Source: a virus
Taxonomy: Duplodnaviria; Heunggongvirae; Uroviricota; Caudoviricetes
Virus record (IMG/VR): IMGVR_UViG_3300049215_000772
Span: 64,001-128,000 of that record
Strand: one strand, 5' to 3'
DNA: 64,000 nucleotides
Shown here: piece by piece, positions 36,053-45,960 of the stretch
How positions within the stretch are numbered: the stretch's first letter is position 1
Layout: each line of letters begins with the position of its first letter
The notes under the pieces: model-generated
Told to the model about the DNA's origin: nothing
The model's input: only the letters and a program-made list of their open reading frames with translations
Databases searched by the model: none
Position numbers and translations under genes: made by a program

Positions 36053-36958
36053 ATGAGATACATTCTTGCAATTGCATTACTGCTTGGATTAACTGCCTCG
36101 CTGGGTGTGGTCAACGCCGACCCGCCCGGCGTGGTTTATCCTGTAGGCGCTCAGGTTCCAACGGACCCTGATCTCAAAAACCTACAGTGGAATCGCTACA
36201 CTTCTGGTAATTTCACCATTTTGAGCATTGACGACGGCCAGGGCAAGTGGCTTTCTGCCAATCTCGGCAAGGTCAAAACCTGGTGCGTCACTCGCTGGGG
36301 TTTCCCTGACGTGGAATTTTCTCACGAGTGTAGGATCATGTGCGTCCCCAACAAGCAGTTGATGAAGAAGTTGTTCGGCCTGGAGCAGTCGAAGTCGGAA
36401 GTCCGCCGCAAGAACGGACAAATTGAGATGACCGTCATGTGGCTCGTCCTTGATGACAAGCCATCGAAAACCGTCCCGACATTTTTCACTTCTGTTTGTT
36501 TAGCCGAATTCGAGGCCCGACACAATGTTAAATTGCCATTCTTCGCCGTGCGTGGCATGTCGCTTCTCAATGCTACAGTTCCAGAAATCAGGCAGCAACT
36601 TGGGAGTCTTGGACAGACCATTGCGAAGGATAGTCCAGTTTTCATCAGCCAGAAGATGTGTACGATGACAGAAGATGATTACGGCAAGTTGAAGATGGAA
36701 GACAAGAAAGTGTTTGATACGCAAGCCGTTGCTTTGTGTTTGATGTTGAGGAAGGAATTTGGCGAAGCCAAGCTACAGGGCTTCCTCCGCATGTCGAATA
36801 GCAATAACCCGGAAGCTGTTATGCAAACTGTCTATCGTTTCCGCAGTTTTGCGCATTTTGACTCTAGCTACGCCCGGTACATGCGTGACCTGACCAATGA
36901 TATTTTCAGGTCCAAGACGCCGGATTCATACTTGAATATCATTCCTGTTGCTCGATAA
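36053..36958 (+). CDS. secreted/exported hypothetical protein
   Basis: signal peptide MRYILAIALLLGLTASLGVVNA; GGAGG RBS. Confidence 0.75.
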   Translation: MRYILAIALLLGLTASLGVVNADPPGVVYPVGAQVPTDPDLKNLQWNRYTSGNFTILSIDDGQGKWLSANLGKVKTWCVTRWGFPDVEFSHECRIMCVPNKQLMKKLFGLEQSKSEVRRKNGQIEMTVMWLVLDDKPSKTVPTFFTSVCLAEFEARHNVKLPFFAVRGMSLLNATVPEIRQQLGSLGQTIAKDSPVFISQKMCTMTEDDYGKLKMEDKKVFDTQAVALCLMLRKEFGEAKLQGFLRMSNSNNPEAVMQTVYRFRSFAHFDSSYARYMRDLTNDIFRSKTPDSYLNIIPVAR

Positions 36959-36967
36959 GGAGGTTCC

Positions 36968-37273
36968 ATGTTTACGATTCTGATGTGGATTGTGTTTGGT
37001 TTTGTTGTCGGATTGATCGCAAGGGCGCTGCACCCGCAGGACGCCCCGGTTGGTTGTCTGCCGACCATTGGTGTTGGCGTGGCAGGTTCGTTTATCGGCG
37101 GCGGCATCAACTGGTTGCTGGGTTTCGGCCACAGCCCGTTCGAGCCGTCCGGCTTCTTGATGTCGATTTTGGGTGGCTTTCTATGCCTGATGGCCTGGCG
37201 CTGGTACGTTTTGAAGACTTCTCCGCAGGGGCCAAGAAGTTTCTTTAGCGGAAAGCTAATCAAGAAGAATTAA
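36968..37273 (+). CDS. GlsB/YeaQ/YmgE transglycosylase-associated membrane protein
   Basis: WIVFGFVVGLIARALHP, TIGVGVAGSFIGG, MSILGG. Confidence 0.9.
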   Translation: MFTILMWIVFGFVVGLIARALHPQDAPVGCLPTIGVGVAGSFIGGGINWLLGFGHSPFEPSGFLMSILGGFLCLMAWRWYVLKTSPQGPRSFFSGKLIKKN

Positions 37274-37320
37274 GCAAATACGAATGTTGCTTTAGTTTTC
37301 TCTTAAAGGTAAGATAATTC

Positions 37321-37557
37321 ATGCTCGATCACAAGATCGTACAAGGGTTGAAGGATCGGTATTCGCATATCCATCCGTTGCTTTTCCAGCGTTCCCTGGA
37401 GCGGGCGAAAAGCAACGGGGATTTGTTTGACATCTTGGATACCGTCCCCGACCGTTTTCCCATTGTGTGGGATGAATCCAGTTCTCGCTGGGTGACGACG
37501 GACGATCTTCTGCAATCGAAGGATTTCAGCCTTGGAGAAAGCAGAAAAGACAGATGA
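37321..37557 (+). CDS. hypothetical protein
   Basis: ATGA overlap with the next gene. Confidence 0.65.
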   Translation: MLDHKIVQGLKDRYSHIHPLLFQRSLERAKSNGDLFDILDTVPDRFPIVWDESSSRWVTTDDLLQSKDFSLGESRKDR

Positions 37558-38396
37558 CGAAAGCATTCGCTGCTTTGCTTGTTACAGGGCTGGCAGTGTT
37601 CGCAACGCCAGCCGCCTATGGACAATGTGTCAAAGAAAACATCAACTACTACGGCACTATTTCTTCAAAGTACAACGCCACGGTTCGGACGCCTGATGGT
37701 CGTTATTTGAGTGTGCCGGTCATCAATGGTATGCTCCCCAGCATTGATGAAGTGACCGGGTGTGGCGTGACCACTCGCACCTACAGTTACTATTCTGGTG
37801 TCAAGCACGTCCCCGGAACGATTCCGACTTATCATGATAGATGCACGCCGTCATCGCCGCCAGTCATAACGGCGACAATAACAAGACCTACTGTGACGGA
37901 ATACACCGAGAAGAAGCCTTACACCTATCCGGCTCCGTCGAGTACCGACAGCTACTACAAAACGTACTACGACCGGCCCCCGATTGTGACGGAATCTCGT
38001 TCTTACAACGATAGTTACTACAAGCCACTTTATGGTGGTAGCTCGTCGAACTTGGATAGCGTCAAGAAGGACATCCAGGAGTTGCGGGAAAAACTCGACA
38101 AGCTGATTGATAGGTATGACAAGGAGAAAAAGTCGCCCGTTACACTGCCCGCACCAAGTTCAACCAAGGATTTGGATGAGGCGAAAGCGGCGATTTACGA
38201 TCTGAAGGAAGAGGTCAAAAAGTTGCGGGCGCTTACTATGAAGTATGAGGAGGAGCGGAAAGCCAAGGAGTTTGAGAAGGCACCTGCCCCAACGCCAAAG
38301 GAGCCGCCGAAGGTCGTGCAGCCTCCAATTACTTTGCCAGCGCCCCGGCCCGATGGGATGGTGAAGCCATCAGAATTGGGCAAGAAGAAGGAATGA
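37554..38396 (+). CDS. exported Tyr/Pro-rich protein with coiled coils
   Basis: signal peptide MTKAFAALLVTGLAVFATPAAYG. Confidence 0.7.
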   Translation: MTKAFAALLVTGLAVFATPAAYGQCVKENINYYGTISSKYNATVRTPDGRYLSVPVINGMLPSIDEVTGCGVTTRTYSYYSGVKHVPGTIPTYHDRCTPSSPPVITATITRPTVTEYTEKKPYTYPAPSSTDSYYKTYYDRPPIVTESRSYNDSYYKPLYGGSSSNLDSVKKDIQELREKLDKLIDRYDKEKKSPVTLPAPSSTKDLDEAKAAIYDLKEEVKKLRALTMKYEEERKAKEFEKAPAPTPKEPPKVVQPPITLPAPRPDGMVKPSELGKKKE

Positions 38397-38397
38397 G

Positions 38398-39009
38398 ATG
38401 CGACTGTACGAGGAGTATTTCCAACGTCATAACATCCAGGGCATTCCCGTTGTAAACCATTGCAGTCATGGGGCATTGATTCTGCGAACTTTGGACCCGG
38501 ATATTTGGCAGAACCGATGGATTCTCGTGACAATCAAATGGGTTGACCACCCACAACATCCGGGAAGCTACCATATCGAGTTCTCTGTCCCTGTCCATGA
38601 TGGCGAGGCCAAGGGAAAATTATTCACCCGCCTTCCAACCACTGAGAAGGAATGGGACGAATACGAAGATTACCTTCTGGAATGGTCGCAGAAACTACAA
38701 GGCGTCTCCCCGGTGCGAGGACATAAACAAATTGTCCTCGCTGCCTGGGAGATGTTTGTTTATTGCTACGATAGCTGGTTTCGCCGCCAAAGCGCCGAAC
38801 TCAAAGACTTGTTGTTTCGCAGCCTAGATGAAGACCTGTCCGATACCGACCGATATATCGGGTATCAAGATACTATCATACATCTGTCCACGCACCATCC
38901 CAGCGTTCTGAAGGCATGGAAGTATGAAATGCTTTCTCAGGTGACGTGTTATTCCGACTGGCTGGCTAGATTGGTAGAAACGAGATGCGGTACTCTCCAG
39001 TACAAGTAA
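38398..39009 (+). CDS. hypothetical protein
   Basis: 203-aa ORF directly after the previous stop. Confidence 0.7.
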   Translation: MRLYEEYFQRHNIQGIPVVNHCSHGALILRTLDPDIWQNRWILVTIKWVDHPQHPGSYHIEFSVPVHDGEAKGKLFTRLPTTEKEWDEYEDYLLEWSQKLQGVSPVRGHKQIVLAAWEMFVYCYDSWFRRQSAELKDLLFRSLDEDLSDTDRYIGYQDTIIHLSTHHPSVLKAWKYEMLSQVTCYSDWLARLVETRCGTLQYK

Positions 39010-39413
39010 AAAATCCAACTTCCCAACATCATTTGGTACGTTTGCTGCCAGACCAAGAACTTCTCGTTATTCTGACCCGCCCGGAGTATCAAGAAGCGGA
39101 AATTTTGGTTCAAAGCGACTTCTTGTTTCTTTCCCAGGATTTCGACAATCAGTCCCAGCATTTTCGCCGACTGACGTTTCACCAGCGGGTTTTCATGCCA
39201 ACGTCATGTTTCCTTGGAGAAATACTGGTGAACAGCCCGATCCTGTCGGCTTGCCTGGTCATTTATTCGGAGGTCAACGATTACTACGGCGGTAGAAACA
39301 ACCGTCATCAGCGTCAAAAAAAACAGCTTATGACTTGCCCGGTTTCCTTCAACAAACTTCGGTGTACGGACATGGAAACTGGATGCAACGTAATTTTCTC
39401 CAGATGCTCTTGA
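38985..39413 (+). CDS. hypothetical protein (start uncertain)
   Basis: fills the gap in the + strand chain. Confidence 0.5.
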   Translation: MRYSPVQVKNPTSQHHLVRLLPDQELLVILTRPEYQEAEILVQSDFLFLSQDFDNQSQHFRRLTFHQRVFMPTSCFLGEILVNSPILSACLVIYSEVNDYYGGRNNRHQRQKKQLMTCPVSFNKLRCTDMETGCNVIFSRCS

Positions 39414-39435
39414 TCTGGATTGCTACATAGTCATA

Positions 39436-40107
39436 ATGACTTTGCGGGAGGGTTGCTGGGGTATGAAAGCCAAGTTTGGTCCCAACAAAGAGTTCAAGCA
39501 GTCTTATTCGCTGCCTCCGGTCGGAAACTTCGCCTTGGAAGTAGAGCCGCCGAAGACTCCTCATTGGGATCACTGTCGGGAGCAGTTTGCTTCCAAATTC
39601 AACGAAACTGTGCAGGGTTTCTACTACTCGGTGCATCCGGGCACTTGTGAAGATGTGGCCGAGTTCTTGGCGAAATGTGAAGAAATTGTCGGGATTGATG
39701 TTCGATCCTCGTATTGTAAGACTGACAAGAGTACAATACTATGGATTGCTCCTAGTTCGTTCTGGCTCGACTGCGATATGAAGCGTTCGTTCCTAACCAT
39801 GATGTTGCGGTGCGGGCTGAACTACAACAAGGAGAAGGACAATTTCGATGAGGCTTTGTTCTCCGAAGTTTTCAAGGAGAACAAATGGGCGAGGGAAACC
39901 AAAGCCGCAACGATGCGGTTCTTGTTTGGTTTCACTCGCTGGATGGATCAGCGTTCAAAGGAACGAACGCCATATGAAACCAACAAACATGGTTGGCACG
40001 AAGAGTTCTCCAGGATGGATAATCTTGGTATCCGTAAGAAGTTGGCCCTGCCAGAAGGCGAAGTGAGAGAAACCTCCATAATCGGGGTTGAGTCACTTTG
40101 GGCATAA
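39436..40107 (+). CDS. hypothetical protein
   Basis: CTACATA box at 39423-39429, 6 nt before ATG. Confidence 0.7.
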   Translation: MTLREGCWGMKAKFGPNKEFKQSYSLPPVGNFALEVEPPKTPHWDHCREQFASKFNETVQGFYYSVHPGTCEDVAEFLAKCEEIVGIDVRSSYCKTDKSTILWIAPSSFWLDCDMKRSFLTMMLRCGLNYNKEKDNFDEALFSEVFKENKWARETKAATMRFLFGFTRWMDQRSKERTPYETNKHGWHEEFSRMDNLGIRKKLALPEGEVRETSIIGVESLWA

Positions 40108-40164
40108 TATCCAATAAATTTTGTGTTATAGGTTAAAAAAGAACGGGCACAACCAGGGTGAAGA

Positions 40165-40464
40165 ATGAAATCAGTTACAACAGAAAATTTCACCCAGGAA
40201 ATCGACGCACCATGCCTTGCCTATTTTTGGGCGGCATGGTGCGGCCCGTGTTTCAATCAGGAAGAAGAACTTAAAATCTTGGAGAAGGAATTCCCCAAGA
40301 TCGGCTTCCTGAAAATCAACTGCGACGAGAACCACCAATTGGCAAACGATCACAACATCATCGCCGTGCCTACGACGATTCTATTCAAGAACGGCAAGGT
40401 GGTTCAACGACTCGCTGGAATGCAGAAAGTTAGTGCGATGAGGGAAGCGTTGAAAAAACTATGA
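40165..40464 (+). CDS. thioredoxin
   Basis: WAAWCGPC, cis-Pro VPT. Confidence 0.9.
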   Translation: MKSVTTENFTQEIDAPCLAYFWAAWCGPCFNQEEELKILEKEFPKIGFLKINCDENHQLANDHNIIAVPTTILFKNGKVVQRLAGMQKVSAMREALKKL

Positions 40465-41507
40465 GGAAGCGAGTTTTGCTTACTGGAGTCGGTGGATTCA
40501 TCGGCTCTCATTGCCTGAGATACTTTCTCGATCACACGGACTGGCATATCATCGGTCTTGATTCTTTCCGTCACAAAGGCACTTATTCCCGCCTGGACGA
40601 CATCTACGCTGATGGCGAACGAGTCACCCTGCTAAAGCATGACCTGACTGTACCCATCGACTTCGCCCTCGAAAGTCGTATCATGGGCCGGGAACTAGAA
40701 GGTAATCGTGTTATTGAGCCGGGTCTGGACTACATCATCAGCATGGCCTCCGATTCCGCTGTGGAGCGCAGTGTATCTGACCCCGGCGCTTGCTGGCGGA
40801 ACAACTGCGAACTTGTCTACAACATGCTGGAATTTGCCCGCAAGGTGAAGCCCCGGATATTTTTTCAGATCAGTACCGATGAAATCTACGGTGATTGTCC
40901 TCCGGGATATTCCCACCCGGAGTGGGACACAATCCTTCCGTCCAACCCCTATGCAGCCAGCAAAGCCGCCCAAGAAGCCCTCGCTATATCTTACTGGCGC
41001 AGCTTCCATGTTCCGGTGGTCATTACCAACTGCATGAACTGCATTGGCATCACCCAGGATAAGGAAAAATTCCTTCCTAAGCTGATCTGGAAGATTGCTA
41101 CAGGGCAGGAGATGGAAATCTACGCCGACCTGTTGCCTGATGGAACTCACCATATTGGTACTAGGTTCTATCTCCATTGCGAAAATCACGCCGATGCCCT
41201 GGTGTGGCTGTCGGAGAGATCAGTTGCCAAGTACGGCGGCGATGTTCGTGTCCCTGACAGATACAACATTTGCGGCGAAGTCGAACTCAACAACCTGGAG
41301 ATGGCCGAGTTGGTGGCTGACATCATGGGTAAGTCCCTGAAGTACAAGTTGGTTCCTTCCCAATCAGCACGCCCTGGTTACGACCGACGTTATGCGCTGG
41401 ACGGAAGCAAGATTCGCAACCTGGGATGGAAGGCACCTGTTGAGTTTGAGGCGGGCCTCGAAAGAATCATTCAGTGGCAGATGGATCACCCCTGGTGGGT
41501 GATATAA
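40461..41507 (+). CDS. NAD-dependent epimerase/dehydratase (dTDP-glucose 4,6-dehydratase-like)
   Basis: TGVGGFIG, STDEIYG, PSNPYAASK, RPGYD.RY. Confidence 0.9.
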   Translation: MRKRVLLTGVGGFIGSHCLRYFLDHTDWHIIGLDSFRHKGTYSRLDDIYADGERVTLLKHDLTVPIDFALESRIMGRELEGNRVIEPGLDYIISMASDSAVERSVSDPGACWRNNCELVYNMLEFARKVKPRIFFQISTDEIYGDCPPGYSHPEWDTILPSNPYAASKAAQEALAISYWRSFHVPVVITNCMNCIGITQDKEKFLPKLIWKIATGQEMEIYADLLPDGTHHIGTRFYLHCENHADALVWLSERSVAKYGGDVRVPDRYNICGEVELNNLEMAELVADIMGKSLKYKLVPSQSARPGYDRRYALDGSKIRNLGWKAPVEFEAGLERIIQWQMDHPWWVI

Positions 41508-41529
41508 TACCCGCAAAAATCAGGCACTT

Positions 41530-41576
41530 TGGCCTCCTCCGTCATACATATGATATGGCAAGGAATAAGGAGGCCA
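41530..41576 (+). promoter_or_regulatory. RBS-sequestering hairpin with a late-type box ATACATA inside
   Basis: TGGCCTCCT (41530-38) is complementary to AGGAGGCCA (41568-76); box at 41544-50. Confidence 0.65.
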
Positions 41577-41577
41577 C

Positions 41578-42099
41578 ATGGAAGAAAACAGGAAGACAGA
41601 CGAAACCCAAGGCACCGATCTGAGTGCGGAACAGGTGCTTGGGTTGAGTGTGGCAAGCCAGCCTACCGAGGCGGCAATCCCACACCCTGAAACCGACGTG
41701 CCTACTATTTGGAAGGTTTTCGGCGGTGCAATCGTTTCGATCATCTTCATGTTGATAGTGACGATTTTCGGTTACATTTTCAACAACGCCCAAAACATCC
41801 AGAACAATATCAACACGTTGAATGCCGAGTCCGTGAAGAAAACGGAACTCAATGACCGCATTACAACTATCTGGCAGACGCTCCGACAAGTTGACGTGTT
41901 GAAAGATCGTCTCGACATTGTTGAGAAACGGCTGCCTGCCTTCGATTCCATGAAGGAAAAATCAGGCGCTACAGATCAGCGTGTTCTCATGCTGGAAACC
42001 CAGGTTAAAACGCTTCAGGAGGAGAACAAGACGCAAGGCCGTGACATTACGGCACTTCGGGAACGGCTTGCCGTGGTCGAGGCGGCGCAAAAGAAGTGA
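41578..42099 (+). CDS. single-TM coiled-coil protein (late; lysis-related candidate)
   Basis: TM VFGGAIVSIIFMLIVTIFGYIF followed by a long coiled coil. Confidence 0.75.
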   Translation: MEENRKTDETQGTDLSAEQVLGLSVASQPTEAAIPHPETDVPTIWKVFGGAIVSIIFMLIVTIFGYIFNNAQNIQNNINTLNAESVKKTELNDRITTIWQTLRQVDVLKDRLDIVEKRLPAFDSMKEKSGATDQRVLMLETQVKTLQEENKTQGRDITALRERLAVVEAAQKK

Positions 42100-42100
42100 C

Positions 42101-42129
42101 TTTACAACCTCACTCGGCGGTGGTAGAAT
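42101..42129 (+). promoter_or_regulatory. sigma70-type early promoter
   Basis: TTTACA-17 nt-TAGAAT. Confidence 0.8.
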
Positions 42130-42161
42130 ACCCGTGAGTAAAACGAGAAGTGAGGAAAGAA

Positions 42162-43049
42162 ATGTCTTGGTTCTACGCAAGCGATTGGCATTTGGGCCAC
42201 TCGAACATCATCAAATACTGCCGGCGACCTTTCGTGAATGACACGGAGGCTGAACTGCTGGCAATGGCCGACCGGGGAACGATCCCTGCGTCGGAAGTGA
42301 AAATCAGCCCGGAATCTACGAAGTGGATGACGGACACGATCATCGACAACACCAACGCAGTCGTCGGCGAGGGAGACAAACTCATCCATGCCGGCGACTT
42401 GCTGTTCGCCCCCAGGGACGAATTGTTCGAGCGGCTTCGTGACTACCGCAAGCGCATCGTGTGCAGGGACATCACCCTGATTTGGGGCAATCACGACGAT
42501 TCGCTTCGTGATCTCTGGTATAACACTGGTCGTTACCGTGGCCCGCAATGGGCGAAAGCGTCCGCCGAAACAAAGCAGATGTTCTCGGCGGCATACGACC
42601 AATATATGTTCAACTGCAACGGCCAGAAGATTTGGGTCAACCATTACCCTGGCCGTTCCTGGGATTGTGCCCACCACGGCGCATGGATGCTGTACGGGCA
42701 TGTCCACGACTTGTTCCGATACGAGGACAATGGGGAACTGTCGCCCTACACCGCCAGCTACCTCGAAGATCACTTCAGGGCCGTTCTGGAGAATCACTTC
42801 GGGGCCGGCTTCGGTGATGCCGTGATCCGTGACTTGTTGGATCAGGTCGCTTCGCTCAACGGGATCGACCTGACGGTTGACATCGGTGTTGACAATACCA
42901 TTCGCCAGGGCGTTCCTTGGGGGACGCCGTGGAGCATGGACGATCTCCATAACTACATGGCGAAGAAGAAACCCAAGTGGGAGGCTCGCAGTGCAGGCTA
43001 CGCCTCGCAGCGGCCAAAGTCCACCATGAAGGATCACGTCAAATTCTAA
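42162..43049 (+). CDS. calcineurin-like metallophosphoesterase
   Basis: SDWHLGH, GDL, GNHD, NHYP, GHVH. Confidence 0.9.
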   Translation: MSWFYASDWHLGHSNIIKYCRRPFVNDTEAELLAMADRGTIPASEVKISPESTKWMTDTIIDNTNAVVGEGDKLIHAGDLLFAPRDELFERLRDYRKRIVCRDITLIWGNHDDSLRDLWYNTGRYRGPQWAKASAETKQMFSAAYDQYMFNCNGQKIWVNHYPGRSWDCAHHGAWMLYGHVHDLFRYEDNGELSPYTASYLEDHFRAVLENHFGAGFGDAVIRDLLDQVASLNGIDLTVDIGVDNTIRQGVPWGTPWSMDDLHNYMAKKKPKWEARSAGYASQRPKSTMKDHVKF

Positions 43050-43058
43050 GGGGACGAC

Positions 43059-43400
43059 ATGCACCGGGATTCCATCGACTTCGACACGTTTCGTGACAAC
43101 TACATCGCTCACGCCGAAGGCGGGTTCTACCCTGTCTACTCGAAGTTCGAGGAATCCCACAATGGGAACAACCTTCGGGTCGTTCAGATGGACATGATCT
43201 GTGAATGGCGTCTCGATGACGGCAAGATCAGGTTCATCGAAGTCCCCTTCGACACGGAAGACCAGTTCAACCAGATTGTCGCCTACTTGAAGGCGTGTGC
43301 CGGTTACTTGAACGCCGCCATTCTCGAACGCATCGACGAACTCAAATTCGCCGACACTGTTGAGGAAGACGAGGAAGAAGACGATGAATCCGACGACTGA
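43059..43400 (+). CDS. hypothetical acidic protein
   Basis: RBS AAGGGG. Confidence 0.65.
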   Translation: MHRDSIDFDTFRDNYIAHAEGGFYPVYSKFEESHNGNNLRVVQMDMICEWRLDDGKIRFIEVPFDTEDQFNQIVAYLKACAGYLNAAILERIDELKFADTVEEDEEEDDESDD

Positions 43401-43575
43401 AGAACTGCTTCTGCTGGCACTGAAGCAGGTTGCCGCCAATCAGCGGCTTATCATCAATCGCCTTTTCAACAGGGATGAAGCTGTTGCCCTGGCTCTCAGC
43501 AACACCGACAAGTTGTGTGAAGCCATCGACAACGGCATCAGGCTGATTCCGAGGCCAGGCATCCAGAAATGTTGA
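43384..43575 (+). CDS. hypothetical protein
   Basis: overlapping chain. Confidence 0.5.
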   Translation: MNPTTEELLLLALKQVAANQRLIINRLFNRDEAVALALSNTDKLCEAIDNGIRLIPRPGIQKC

Positions 43576-43922
43576 AACTCATACCAGGCAACTGTGACTT
43601 GTACAACTTCGTGGATGGCACGAAGAAGATCGGCAAGGTTCGCCTGGTTCCCGCAGGCCAAGGTGGTTGGTATCTTGCCAACTTCCTGATTTACAGCCGC
43701 TACCGTGGCAATGGCTACGGCAACAACCTGATGGAAGCTGTCATGTTGCTTGCCAGAAGGAAACGAAAGAAGTCAATCTTCCTGTGGGTAAGCGCCAACA
43801 ACGAGGCGGCGATCAAAATCTACAACAAAGCCGGTTTCAAACGTCTGGTAGATGGTAAAATCTGCTTGTACTTATGGTTGAGCGAACAACATGGTCAGCA
43901 TGATAGGCTACATGCTTCGTGA
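43569..43922 (+). CDS. GNAT acetyltransferase (RimI-like)
   Basis: RYRGNGYG motif A; LWVSANNEAAIKIYNKAGF motif B. Confidence 0.9.
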   Translation: MLKLIPGNCDLYNFVDGTKKIGKVRLVPAGQGGWYLANFLIYSRYRGNGYGNNLMEAVMLLARRKRKKSIFLWVSANNEAAIKIYNKAGFKRLVDGKICLYLWLSEQHGQHDRLHAS

Positions 43923-44112
43923 CCGAAAAACTGGTCGCTGGCATAATTGGGGCGGTTTGACCGAATGGCTGCCCGACTCACCGCAGGGCGGAACCATCTG
44001 GACGGATAAGGAAAAGGCCGAGAAATTCGCACGAGAGTACAAAGTGTGCGATGTTGAAGTCGTTCCTGTTCTGATTCAGGAGTTGCCGCCGTGTCCACCG
44101 TTCCGAATCTAA
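43891..44112 (+). CDS. hypothetical protein
   Basis: overlapping chain. Confidence 0.5.
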   Translation: MVSMIGYMLRDRKTGRWHNWGGLTEWLPDSPQGGTIWTDKEKAEKFAREYKVCDVEVVPVLIQELPPCPPFRI

Positions 44113-44324
44113 CCGAATCTCAACAAGCCGTCGTGATGGGAATGGCGCTCCTTGCCGCCACCACTGTCGAGCGGGCTGTTTACGAGAACGTCAAAAACGG
44201 CAAGCAGGCATGGGATGAAGTTCTTGCCTTGGGTCTGATCGTCAAGGACGATGGTTTCTACGTCCTCAGCGATAATGGCCGAAAGGCCGTCAAAACCATT
44301 CACCAGCAATACCACCACCAATGA
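44091..44324 (+). CDS. hypothetical protein
   Basis: GGAG RBS before GTG. Confidence 0.55.
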   Translation: MSTVPNLTESQQAVVMGMALLAATTVERAVYENVKNGKQAWDEVLALGLIVKDDGFYVLSDNGRKAVKTIHQQYHHQ

Positions 44325-44337
44325 GTCCGAGGAAATC

Positions 44338-45264
44338 ATGAACGAAGTCGTTATCGTTATGGGCTACCCGGCTGCCGGGAAGACCCGCACCACCCAGGGC
44401 TACGTTGACAAGGGGTTCGCCCGTCTCAATCGTGACACCCAGGGCGGAACCGTCGCCGATCTACTTCCACAACTCGACGTGTTGCTTTCCAGCAAGAAGA
44501 ACGTCGTGATGGACAATCTTTTCGCTACCAGGGCCAGTCGTGCCGGCGTCCTGGCTACGGCGAAGAAGCACAAGGCCAGGGTGACGTGTGTGAACCTGGG
44601 GGCGTCTCTCGAAGACGCTCAATTCAATGCCTGCCTTCGCATGATGGAACGGGCCGGCAAGATTCTCGATCCCACGGAGAAGACCGGCGACCCGAACCTG
44701 TTCCCGATGGCGGTCATCTACAAGTATCGGAAGGAATACGAGAGGCCGCTCGACTCGGAGGGTTTCGAGGAAATCCGCAGCGTTCCCTTCGTCCGGGAAT
44801 GGCCGAAGGACTGGACGAACGCTGCCTTCATCTTCGACTACGACGGCACACTCCGGGACACGAAGAATGGCGACAAGTTCCCGACCAGCACGGACAACAT
44901 CGTGATTCTACCGGGCCGGAAGGAAAAGCTGGCAAAGCTGAAGAAGGACGGGGCACTCCTGTTGGGAGTTTCCAATCAGTCCGGCATCGCCAAGGGCGAA
45001 CTGACCAAGGACCGGGCCATCGAGTGTTTCCAGCATACCAACAAGCTGCTGGGCGTGGACATCGACTTCCAGTTCTGCCCCCACAAGGTTCCACCAATCA
45101 CCTGCTACTGTAGGAAGCCCGGCACCGGCCTGGGGGTGGCGCTGATCGTCAAGTACAAGCTGGACCCCAGGAAGTGTGTGTTCGTTGGCGACATGGGAAC
45201 CGACAAGTCCTTCGCCGAGCGCTGCCACTTCCAGTTCCAGGATCAAAACAGGTTCTTCGGGTGA
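44338..45264 (+). CDS. bifunctional polynucleotide kinase / HAD phosphatase (PseT/PNKP-like)
   Basis: GYPAAGKT P-loop, DNLF..R; DYDGTL, NQSG, RKP, GD HAD-IIIA motifs. Confidence 0.9.
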   Translation: MNEVVIVMGYPAAGKTRTTQGYVDKGFARLNRDTQGGTVADLLPQLDVLLSSKKNVVMDNLFATRASRAGVLATAKKHKARVTCVNLGASLEDAQFNACLRMMERAGKILDPTEKTGDPNLFPMAVIYKYRKEYERPLDSEGFEEIRSVPFVREWPKDWTNAAFIFDYDGTLRDTKNGDKFPTSTDNIVILPGRKEKLAKLKKDGALLLGVSNQSGIAKGELTKDRAIECFQHTNKLLGVDIDFQFCPHKVPPITCYCRKPGTGLGVALIVKYKLDPRKCVFVGDMGTDKSFAERCHFQFQDQNRFFG

Positions 45265-45267
45265 TTT

Positions 45268-45960
45268 ATGCAAATCGTCGTGAACAAACAGCCGATGGAA
45301 CTGGAAGCAGGACGGCGTTTTACCTGCATCGTCCACCAACAAGGCATCCGTGTTGACATTCCCGAAGCCGTCGAGATCAACGGTCGAAATACCATCGACT
45401 GTATGGAGAAGATGAGTCAGCGGGCGTGGGAACATATCAGCACGGGCCAGTTGTTTCGGATGTTGTTCACGACGGTTTTCCCGCCTGAAGACTACAATGA
45501 TCGCCCCCATGACCCGGATGATGAGTTTCCGCCCCCGGAGCCACAATACGTTGATATTGAGGTTCCCGACGAAGAAGGTAAGACCAAAACGGAACGCATC
45601 GGCATCGGCATGAGGCCGGGCGTCCCCATCCCGGCCACGATTGAGGAATTGAACAGCGGCGATTTCGGCGTCATTCATGTTTCCGGCATGATCGTCCTGG
45701 GTTGTGAGGCCATCTTCGCCGGCAAGACAAAGATTTTCTTCCGCACCCCGGAAGATCATCTTCACCCAAAGGCAGAACGTCGCATCGTCGGCATGTTCAG
45801 GCAGATGATGATTCTGGCTGGCGCTGCTGGCACAATCACAGAAGAAGCACCGAGGGTTGCCGACGCCGCTACGGGCATTACACAATACTTGCCGGAAGAT
45901 GTTCCACCCGCACCAGAACCGCCCAAGAAGAGAAGAAGGAAGAAGAAAGATGATTCTTGA
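45268..45960 (+). CDS. hypothetical protein
   Basis: 230-aa ORF, basic C-terminus. Confidence 0.7.
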   Translation: MQIVVNKQPMELEAGRRFTCIVHQQGIRVDIPEAVEINGRNTIDCMEKMSQRAWEHISTGQLFRMLFTTVFPPEDYNDRPHDPDDEFPPPEPQYVDIEVPDEEGKTKTERIGIGMRPGVPIPATIEELNSGDFGVIHVSGMIVLGCEAIFAGKTKIFFRTPEDHLHPKAERRIVGMFRQMMILAGAAGTITEEAPRVADAATGITQYLPEDVPPAPEPPKKRRRKKKDDS

